Assembly: GCF_006345805.1 (NCBI RefSeq)
Contig: NC_043003.1
Location: 104,532,001 to 104,596,000 of the forward strand
Length of the DNA stretch: 64,000 nt
Direction of reading: 5' to 3'
Source: Octopus sinensis
Taxonomy: Eukaryota
Made by a program: the position numbers and the translations under genes. The notes under the pieces were generated by a model. The model was not told the DNA's origin. It was given only the letters and a program-made list of their open reading frames with translations, and searched no databases. Below are positions 37,101 through 45,300 of the stretch, piece by piece. The stretch's first letter is position 1, and every line of letters begins with the position of its first letter.

Positions 37101-38567
37101 AACCTAATGTGGTTGTCCTGGATGGGATGATTATTACTGCTGTCTAGCCCCAGGAAACAAGATCAATAATTTGGGGAGAGGGGACAGAGATATTGTGTCA
37201 TATAGCCATATGACACAATATATGTGTCCTTATATTTTCAAACAGGGAGCCCAGCACCCTATCCAGCACAAAGCAACATTTGGTTTATTGCTCTTTATCA
37301 GCACAGAGTAGCTGCTTGGCTAGGTGGCAATACAGATATCGTGTCGTATGGCCAGCTGGAAACAATGCTTCTCAGGGCCAAACAACAGTAACAACTGTCC
37401 CATACAGGACAGCCACATTATGTTGGCAAATAGTCTTTACTTTAAAGTACTGTAACTGAATATCTCTCTTTGAGAGATTTAGAAATAATGATATTTCTAA
37501 GGGTGATTTGTTTGACTAAAACCCTTCAAGGTGGTGCCCAAGCATGGCTGCAGTCCAATGACTAAAACAAGTAAAAGATAAAAGTCTAGTATATTTGTAC
37601 TGTTTATAACAACTGAGAACTACCCTTATCGTAGTTCTAAGGGAGATTCAGCATGACACAGAATATGACAAGGTTGGTCCTTTGAAATACAGACGCAAGT
37701 CATTTTTGCCAGCTGAGTTGACTGGAATAACGTGTAATAGTCTTCTGCTTAAGGACACAACGCACTGCCCGGTATCGAACACACGATCGTGAGCCAAATA
37801 CCCTAACCACTTGGCCACACACCTTCACCACAGCCAGTATACAACTTTAGGATGTTTTCCTTCTTTAGTTTCATAAGCGTTAAACAGACACTAGTGACAT
37901 TTCCCGTTTGATCCGATATGTGTTTCTGACAGATAAGAGGCAAGTACGGATGTATGTGTTCTGCAGAGAGATTGAATTTAGGGAAAACTTGTTTTCATCA
38001 AATACCAACTGAGAAACTAATGTATTATCACTCAGTTTGTTCGTTTAAAATGTAAGAAGTAAAACAAACAAAAAAACTTGGCGAACATTCGGTATATGTA
38101 CCGGTGTAAGTACCGGATACATTTCAAAAAAGTGTTGTTTTTTTTTATATATGGGGGTTAGGGTTTGTGTTAGGGTTAGGGTTGGGAGAAAAGGGTTTCT
38201 GTTATCTTCAGAAATGTAAACAAAGTCACGTGTGTACATATACCGAAGCATCGCCAAAAACTTAAGTCAAGGAAAGTGGATCAATAAAATAAAGTACCAT
38301 AAAATATGGTTGATGTGAATGGAATTCTAACCGAAAACCCTTTAAGGGTTCTCTTCTGTACACGGATAGAAAATAAAAAAAAGACTCAAGATGCTCACCA
38401 AATTCCGGGACAAAATCACATAATTTCTGTAAACTTGTATCGTCTGTAATTGGTTTTTCTCTTTTCAATAACTTTTGGAAGACACCTTTAAGACCCACAT
38501 TGAAAGTTTCGGCAAATTTCTCCGGGGTTTCCATTCCTTCGTTTATCGAGCATAAAGCAAGTGCCAT
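11202..38567 (-). CDS. BRAT1: BRCA1-associated ATM activator 1 homologue (Integrator INTS11/INTS9 partner), 11 coding exons, 2760 nt / 919 aa
   Basis: Exons 38567-38399, 33996-33700, 29510-29123, 28273-28166, 27934-27721, 26778-26604, 23039-22945, 22195-22046, 21167-20936, 15640-15471 and 11963-11202 give one continuous frame with GT-AG sites. Motifs PITDDTSLQKL, LCHPQWEIRDSAMEFL, DGESYVRA, DDLDWEVK and terminal DCY match recalled BRAT1 sequence. Confidence 0.88.
12320..12452 (+). repeat. (AT)n microsatellite containing a ~46-bp RTE 3' tip
   Basis: (AT)n - CCGTCCAACCCATGCTAGCATGGAAAGCGGACGTTAAACGATGATGAT - (AT)n. Confidence 0.9.
12832..13078 (-). mobile_element. RTE 3'UTR fragment
   Basis: Family 3' tip plus repeat units. 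Confidence 0.85.
14913..15170 (-). mobile_element. tRNA-derived SINE, family E (related copy 3003-3318)
   Basis: TGGCCTAATGGTTAG A-box; GGTTCGAATC B-box; shared body AAAGTTGTGGCGAAAGAGT. Confidence 0.8.
15471..15640 (-). CDS. BRAT1: BRAT1 exon 10
   Basis: ctttaacag|CA CCT GAA...TCT CCG|gtcagt; contains SDGESYVRATC. Confidence 0.85.
16680..17006 (-). mobile_element. RTE 3'UTR fragment nested in hAT
   Basis: Family 3' tip plus repeat units. Confidence 0.85.
18650..19185 (-). mobile_element. RTE 3'UTR fragment splitting the hAT transposase
   Basis: Transposase ...EITIPA / IENVMK... resumes on either side. Confidence 0.88.
20415..20727 (-). mobile_element. SINE family B, partial dimer
   Basis: TSD ATTCATGTATACC; internal second tail near 20597-20620. 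Confidence 0.88.
20936..21167 (-). CDS. BRAT1: BRAT1 exon 9
   Basis: tacaatag|GTT GTC...AAC A|gtaagt; contains LCHPQWEIRDSAMEFL. Confidence 0.85.
21371..21749 (+). mobile_element. RTE 3'UTR fragment
   Basis: CAAGACCTGTTGAGGCAAG ... (GAT)n. Confidence 0.88.
22046..22195 (-). CDS. BRAT1: BRAT1 exon 8
   Basis: ctttctcaag|AGC TAC...AAG TGG|gtgagt; 150 nt. Confidence 0.72.
22945..23039 (-). CDS. BRAT1: BRAT1 exon 7
   Basis: tttgcag|GC AAC AAA...CTT TTG|gtgagt. Confidence 0.75.
23933..25133 (+). mobile_element. RTE-clade LINE 3' end: ORF C-terminus, 3'UTR tandem array, (GAT)12 tail
   Basis: RRLRWYGHVVRMDE...RGRPRKTW...DRDLW; tail 25098-25133. Confidence 0.92.
24278..24950 (+). repeat. About 11 x 61-bp tandem array inside the RTE 3'UTR
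   Basis: ACGTAAAAGCACC recurs ten times at about 61-bp spacing between ~24326 and ~24890, plus a variant near 24935. Confidence 0.92.
25951..26365. mobile_element. MITE with 28-bp TIRs and internal TTAGGG repeats, inserted in a SINE
   Basis: GATCTTTTCGGTTTGAACGGCAGTTTTT / AAAAACTGCCATTCAAACCGAAAAGATC (1 mismatch); host SINE continues on both sides (~25885-25950, ~26367-26465). Confidence 0.85.
26604..26778 (-). CDS. BRAT1: BRAT1 exon 6
   Basis: ctttcag|AAA GAC ATC...GCA T|gtaatt; 175 nt open, bridges phase 0 to phase 1. Confidence 0.7.
26990..27310 (+). mobile_element. RTE RT-domain fragment
   Basis: LFIIVLQAITEELKTGCPWELLYADDLVL. Confidence 0.85.
27721..27934 (-). CDS. BRAT1: BRAT1 exon 5
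   Basis: tttaatag|C AGT TTC...CTT CAG|gtagat; tandem TAG/CAG acceptor. Confidence 0.72.
28166..28273 (-). CDS. BRAT1: BRAT1 exon 4
   Basis: aatcaag|A GTT TCT...AAA AG|gttagt; 108 nt open, phase 2-2; not in the ORF track. Confidence 0.7.
29123..29510 (-). CDS. BRAT1: BRAT1 exon 3
   Basis: tttttcag|GT GTT CCA...CAT CA|gtaagt; contains ESSIFLTKEASKFL. Confidence 0.85.
29658..29889 (-). mobile_element. SINE family B with 16-bp TSD
   Basis: TSD ATTTAACATTTAGTAT at 29642-29657 and 29890-29905. Confidence 0.9.
29906..30180 (+). mobile_element. RTE-like LINE C-terminal fragment (distinct family)
   Basis: LHWLGHIIHMPKTCLPHQLLF. Confidence 0.55.
30180..32010 (+). mobile_element. Degenerate RTE LINE (RT domain to 3' end, internally deleted)
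   Basis: KAPGPSGI, NLEKAFD, VGVHQGSVLS; many stops; 3' end similar to the other RTE copies. Confidence 0.85.
33700..33996 (-). CDS. BRAT1: BRAT1 exon 2
   Basis: ttttccag|TG ACC...CCA G|gtaaga; 297 nt, phase 1-1. Confidence 0.85.
34046..34505 (-). mobile_element. RTE 3'UTR fragment, about 50 nt from the BRAT1 exon 2 acceptor
   Basis: Family 3' tip plus repeat units. Confidence 0.85.
35612..35900 (-). mobile_element. Truncated copy of the 46591-46948 Helitron-like element
   Basis: High colinear identity to 46675-46945; CTAG end missing; sits inside a CR1 fragment. Confidence 0.75.
36200..36550 (+). mobile_element. RTE 3'UTR fragment, same subfamily as 24278-25133 with about 3 repeat units
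   Basis: Shares GCCTGACGAAGCCTTCCAGCTTCACAGACCCCAG with 25020-25053. Confidence 0.88.
38078..38257. mobile_element. MITE-like element with 24-bp imperfect TIRs and TTAGGG repeats
   Basis: TTGGCGAACATTCGGTATATGTAC / GTACATATACCGAAGCATCGCCAA; the TTAGGG block and following sequence resemble 26051-26115. Confidence 0.65.
38399..38567 (-). CDS. BRAT1: BRAT1 exon 1
   Basis: ATG at 38567; MALALC...DDTSLQKLCDFVPEF; donor G|gtgagc. Confidence 0.85.
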
Positions 38568-39258
38568 GACTGGGTTTAACTAAAACATGAAGTCGTGGAT
38601 TATTTCGTTTCGCCTAATAAAAAAGTTTTAAATAATTATTTAGAATGTTTTCTTTTAATCTCACATTCATAAAAATTAGTGAATTTTCATATTTATTACG
38701 CAAAACTTTTATTTTCAATTTCAGTAATAATGAATGTACATTAAGATTAATATATTTTAATAACATTATTTGACTTCATATTCATAGTTACAATGTTTTT
38801 GATAAGCTAAATTCACTCATAAATTTTGACTATATTCTAAATTCAAAGTATTCTGAGTAGTGAAAAACCAGCCAAATTTGGTACACATTGATCCAGCGGT
38901 TTGGCTGTGCACAGAGAAAACACACAAACAGGGAATTTTATAGATATACAGGGTGTCCACAAAGTCTGGGTACATGGAGTAAATAAAATCATAGCATAAA
39001 CAATTAAATATAAGAAATAATAATTTCATAAAATATGTATTAGTCCCCATGTACCCAGACTTTGTGGACTCCCTGTAGATACCTTAAGTTTATTTCATTT
39101 AAAAAAAAAACCCAAAAAGCTTTCAAACTATTTCGTTTCAGCCAATTTTAGTTGTTGAAGTTTCCTTCTTCAGGTCTTAACTTCAGGGGAGATAACCGAA
39201 TAGGTCACGTGGTCTTCCTTTCGTCGATCCGAAGAACTTGGTTATTTTTCCACCCAGA
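38568..39258. promoter_or_regulatory. Putative bidirectional promoter / 5'UTRs of BRAT1 and UQCRC2
   Basis: Divergent ATGs about 690 bp apart; CCAAT at 39142-39146; GTCACGTG E-box at 39204-39211; pyrimidine run ~39214-39221. TSS positions are not determinable from sequence. Confidence 0.65.
38949..39075. mobile_element. Tc1/mariner-type MITE (127 bp) within the bidirectional promoter
   Basis: 29-bp TIRs CAGGGTGTCCACAAAGTCTGGGTACATGG (1 mismatch); TA on both sides. Confidence 0.9.
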
Positions 39259-39300
39259 ATGGCTTCGAGGGTTTATCGGAGTCTTATCCACCCCGTCAGG
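39259..39300 (+). CDS. UQCRC2: UQCRC2 exon 1
   Basis: ATG...AGG|gtaagt; MASRVYRSLIHPVR, presequence-like. Confidence 0.75.
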
Positions 39301-42300
39301 GTAAGTCGTTTTACTTTTTTAAAGTTAAACTGATGAAATTATATCCATGAAAACCAATACAACGCCTTGTTGCCTCTTCTGCTCTTGATAGTCTTCTTTT
39401 TCCATCTGTACCGACCACCAAGGTCGTTTGTTTCAGGCAGCAATAACATTTAAAGATGTCTATTTTTTAAAGAATTTTCCATCATTCTCTGTCCTGCGCA
39501 GTTTAGTAATTACTATTTAGTTTCAACAATAAAAGAAAGGCGAATTAAATAATCGAAAATTCAAGCACTTCATATTCCTTTCATGAACAGAAATCGTAGC
39601 TTTGTCGGTCGTTTGTTATTGACAAGGACAGTGCCCTCGACCCACCCGACTCACCTTTAAACCTTGTCCACCTTCAGATCAATGATATATTCCTATTAGA
39701 GATGCTATTATAATTATTAATTATTGTTGTTAGTTTGTTGGTTTGAAACATTTTATTATGTTCTGTTCTTTTTGTCGACCCACACCTTTGTGAAGGGTAT
39801 GAACGTCTCATAGTCCAAATTTTGAAGTCATCATGCTGAGAAAGAACGAATCGTTATTCACCTATAGCTGCTATGGAGATAGAATAAATGAAACGGTTGA
39901 TGTTTACATCTTGACAATGAAACTAATCCCTTACTACACTTGCCAAAGTTATGCCTTTCGGGCAAAACTACAGGTTTCTGCCACCCCATCCCACCCCCGA
40001 TTTTTGATGATCACAACTTTCAGAAAAATGGATATTTTTGTAGTGAGACTTTCTACAAATATCTGTTATATCATGTAGATTCCGAATATACAAACTTTTG
40101 GCGGAGAACGTGTTTTAAGAGGGGGAGAATTTCCGAAAATTCACCGGAGTCCACTTCAATTCGTCTTAACTTTCAAGAAAATGGATATTTTAAAATAAAA
40201 TTCTCTACAAATATACCTCGGACTATGTAGATTCCGAAGACATAAGAATTTTTGGGGAAAACAATTGGGGGTTATTTTTAAGAACTGTTCCCCACTCGGG
40301 GGTGTTTCGGAACAAAGCGTCCATATTTTTTTTTTCTTTCAGTTTTGTGCGTCTGTGCATCCGTAGATTTCTACCACTTGCGCGCGCGCGCAAACACACA
40401 CATGCAATTAGAAACGTTCAAACGGGGAAATTATTCCATTTAATATGTTTATTAGAGAGATTATGCAACAAATTATACTTTACACTTCTAGAATTTAACT
40501 GTGCGTTTATATATTCCTTATTTTTGCTTCTGGTGTCTTCTGCCTTTCAGTGCAACGGGTGTAAAAAAAAAGGCGTCGGAAACGAATATGAAAACAAAAA
40601 TGCCTGGAAAGCAACGGGTTGGGAGAGCCCCTACCTACCATGACATCTGACCTCAGGGAAGAACACAACCCACAAAGCCTGTTCCGTGAGCAGACAGAAT
40701 TGTTAGCATGCCAGGTGAAATACTGATCAACATTTTGCCTTGTCTTTACCTTCTCGGTTCAAATTCCACCAAGGTCAACTTTGCCTTTCATCTCTTTGAG
40801 GTCGATAAAATAAGTACCAGTTGAGCACTGGGGTCAATGTAATCTACTTACCCCCTTTCCCTGAAATTGCTGGCCTGCCAAAATTTGAAACTAATATTGC
40901 TAAAATATATAACACCACTCCCACATTTCATATATAGCCATCATCATCATCACCATCATTTAACATCCATTTTCTATGCTGGCATGTGTTGAGCAGATTG
41001 ACAGGAACTGGCAAGGCCAGGGCCCATACCAGGTCCCATAGTCTGTTTTAGCTTGGTTTCTACAGCTGGATGCCACCCTTCCTAATGCCAACCACTTTAC
41101 AGAGTTTACTGGGTGCTTTTTAGGTGGCACTTTGGTTTTAGGATATCAATTTTGTTGTGGTTAGTAATTTTCTTGAGTACAGCAATGAAACACTATAAAA
41201 ATATTTTGTTTTTACTGTGTATATCAGTGAGGATGGAGTCATGATGTTAGGTAACTCCTCATTGAAAATTTCTGGAAGAAATAGTTTGTCTACAGTTTGG
41301 TGATTACTTGGATGTTATGGCATATCTCACAGAAGGATCACATGGATGGTTTCTGTTTCAACTAGTTATAGTTTACACTGGATATAATACTTGTGGTGAG
41401 GGTAAACTCAAAGCGGTTAGTGATATGGAATTGGGATTAAGGTAGAGTTATGAGCATGCAGGAGATAAAGGGACAAGTGCAGCATATAGAATGGGAGCTT
41501 TTAAAAGTGCTGGGATGTTTATTACAAGGAGAAGGAAGCTTCTATAAAGGGGTCACAAAGTTTTTGTCTCTTTTGAAAGACATGAGGAGAGGATTGGCAA
41601 AGGTAAGAGTGGTTAGGGGCTCACAGAAAAAGAACAAAGTTGGAGAAAAATAGTTTAACCCATTTTGGCACTGTGTTTCTATTGAAATACTATGCTTCTG
41701 TTTCAGTTAATTTTTTTAAGTAACAAAGAATTTAATTAATCATTAAACTGGTGTTTGGAGCATGAATTAGCATGAAATTTTGATGGGAGATTTTAACTAT
41801 AATCAGTTTGTATCATAGAATTAAGGCAGCTTCAGATAGGTTTGTTTCAAAAGAGTTAATGAAGTGGCTGGGCAAATGGGTGAAAGGTGGTAGAAAAAGG
41901 AAGTATATCTACAGGTGTAGATATACTCGTCAGGCAAAGTGAAATCATAGTTTTGACCATTGCCAGTGCGATGTAAGTATCACATGTGAATCATAGTCAT
42001 GGCTGTTGCCTGTACCATGGCAGAAACATTAGCACGCCGGGCGAAATGCTTAGCAGTATTTCGTCTGTCGTTCCGTTCTGAGTTCAAATTCCGCCAAGGT
42101 CAACTTTGCCTTTTATCCTTTCGGGGTCGATTAAAAAAGTACCAGTTACGCACTGGGGTCAATATAATCGACTTAATCCGTTTGTCCTCTCTGTGTTTAG
42201 CCCCCTGTGGGTAGTAAAGAAATAGGTATCCATGAATCGTAGTCATGGTCACTGCTAGTGCCACGTAAATGGTACCCACGGATTGTAGTCATGGTTGCTG

Positions 42301-45300
42301 CCAATACAATGTAAACGGCACCCATGAATCATAGTCATGGTCACTGCTGGTGCCACATAAATGGTGTGTGTGTTTGGAGTGCTGATTTCTGACATTGGCC
42401 TAGTATTGATGGAGTGTGCTGTGATTGAGTACAGGTAACTGAATATGAGGAAGAACTAGAACTCAGATTTGGAAAGAAAATTCAAGTTTTTATTGTTGGA
42501 TTTGAAGTGTGTGTAGGCTGAGAAGACCAGAAGTTGAGGTAGGGGTCAGTAGAAATGTAAAGGTTATCAATGTTGATGTTCAGAAAGGTAACTCAAATGC
42601 TGAAGATGATAAATTCAAAAGCAGGTGGAAAAGTGTTGATGATGGTGATAAGCCTAAGATCTGCACTAAGTGCCAGTCTGATTTGGCATGGTTTCTATGG
42701 CTGGATGCCCTTCCTAAAGCCAACCAGTCTATGAGTGTAATGGGTGATTTTACATGCCACCAACATGGGTGCCATTTACATGGCACCGGCAGTGATCCTG
42801 ACTATGATTCATGGGTGCCGTTTACATTGTATTGGCAGCAACCATGACTACAATCCGTGGGTATCATTTACGCGGCACTAGCAGTGACCATGACTACGAT
42901 TCATGGATACCTATTTCTTTACTACCCACAAGGGGCTAAACACGGAGAGGACAAGCAAGGACAGACAAACGGATTAAGTCGATTATATCGACCCCAGTGC
43001 GTAACTGGTACTTATTTAATCGACCCCAAAAGGATGAAAGGCAAAGTCAACCTCGGCGGAATTTGAACTCAGAACATAGCGGCAGACGAAGTACCTATTT
43101 CTTTACTACCCACAAGGGGCTATACACAGAGAGGACAAGCAAGGACAGACAAACAGATTAAGTCGATTATTTCGACCCCAGTGCGTAACTGGTACTTATT
43201 TAATCGACCCCGAAAGGATGAAAGGCAAAGTTGACCTTGGCGGAATTTGAACTCAGAACGGAACGACAGACGAAATACTGCTAAGCATTTCGCCCGGCGT
43301 GCTAACGTTTCTGCCATGGTACTGGCAACAGCCATGTACCATGGTTCACGTGTGCTACTTACATCGCACTGGCAATGGTCAAAACTATGATTTCACTTGG
43401 CCTGACGAGTTTTCTATGTACAGCATATTTTGTCATCATCTCCATGGTGAGGCCCAACATTTGAAGAAATCTAACCCATACAAGCACAGAAGTTAAAATG
43501 GTGAGGGTGACATAATTGTCTTACAGGAGTAAATATCAAAATTTTGCTATTCATTTCTTTAATATCATTAACATACACTCAGATTCTTATAACCCTGTTA
43601 AACATCAAATAACCATATTCAGCCTCTGAATTAGATATGTCTTTTTGAACATAAAAGAGCACAATATTTATCTAATTATCTTCTTCTCCCCTCAAACCTT
43701 GACCATTATGCTATTGTTGCTTGACCATCATCCCTACCAATAGTTACAAAATATATTTTAGCTATTCTTTATATTCCACAGGGACGTCTTTTGGCCAGCC
43801 AAGCTGCAGCAGCACATGATGTGGACACCTCTAGCTCTCTACAACCAGCTACAAAGGTAGGTTGGCTTAGCTACGTATTTGATATTAAGGAATTACGCGT
43901 ATATGCGTGAAGGTAAATATTATTTTCTTTTAAATGTATATTTGAAATTAATGAAATTTGATTTTTATGTGGTTTGATATGGAGAATGAGTTTTTTTCCA
44001 TAACATTTTGAGGTACTTCACTGTCAATTGATAGTTCAACAACTAGTGTACCATATATAGTGGTAGCTCTCTCGTTGTACTGTGAATCTGCTACCTCATT
44101 AACAATACATTACTAATACTCAAATTTATAAACGAGAGACTATCTGCTTTTGATGCTTAAAATTTCACATTACAATCTCTTGTATCCTTTGCCTGAAAAT
44201 CCATAACTTCAAGCTTATGGATCTTTGTCAGTGAACAGGTCGCAGTCTTAAAGCAAGGAAAATATTTTGACAAATTAAACTTAAATGTTGAAGTGAATGA
44301 AACGGTTTTTGTGTGTTTCTTAAATGGCTTACAAACACCTTCCACGCCGCAATTGTTTTCGTTCCAGCACACGATCTCAGATCAAATCACTTCCTATGCA
44401 GGTACATCTCCGTTATTAATAAGTTTTTTGTAAATATACTTCTTTGTTGCTGTGAAATGGTTTCTGTGTTGAAGCTCACTTAAAATATTCCAGTGTGGTG
44501 AAAGACAACAAATTGGACTCATATAAATATTATGGCCAATTTTATCATTGTTACTTTGTTATAAGTAAACAAAATTTGTTACTGTAGTTTCATTTGCATA
44601 ACATTGAATAAAATTGCATCCAAAGATTTGGTTTCCTTTTTAGAACCAGAAATTACTTTGATTCTGTTGTTGAACTTCTGTAAGGACAGTGATCTTGTGG
44701 CACACACTACCAATCTATATCACATCCAAAGACAAAACCTAAAATGATGATGATGATACGTGTGTGTGTGTGTGTGCATACCTATAATATATATATACCC
44801 CACATTTTATTGTTTTATTTTATTTGTGATTGCTAAATGTTTGCTGTCTTTCAGTTGAGGATTTGCAACCAAATTTACTTCATGCCGAGCCTAGCTATAT
44901 TTTCATGTAAAGAATTCATTTTAATTCGTATACAGTATGGTGTTATAGTTAATTCCTGTCACTTATTTATTGCCAACCATATACCCCTATCAGAAAAAGG
45001 ACAAAATTCCATAAGTTGTGTTTACTGCTAGTGAAAGAATACAGGAGTATGTAAGATCGATAACATTAGAACTTGTGCATATTCTATGTAGTATTGAAAC
45101 CTTGATTCTCCACTTTGAGAAAAATTAAATTTTTTTCATCTCCAGAATTTATTGATTTAAAGTTAACAAAGTTTGTTGTTACTGCTTAAATTTTCAGGTT
45201 TCCAAGTTAGGAAATGGTATAACTGTGGCATCTTTGGAGAATTACTCTCCTATATCGCATGTGTCTATTGTGGTTAAAGCTGGCTCCAGGTATGAATCAG

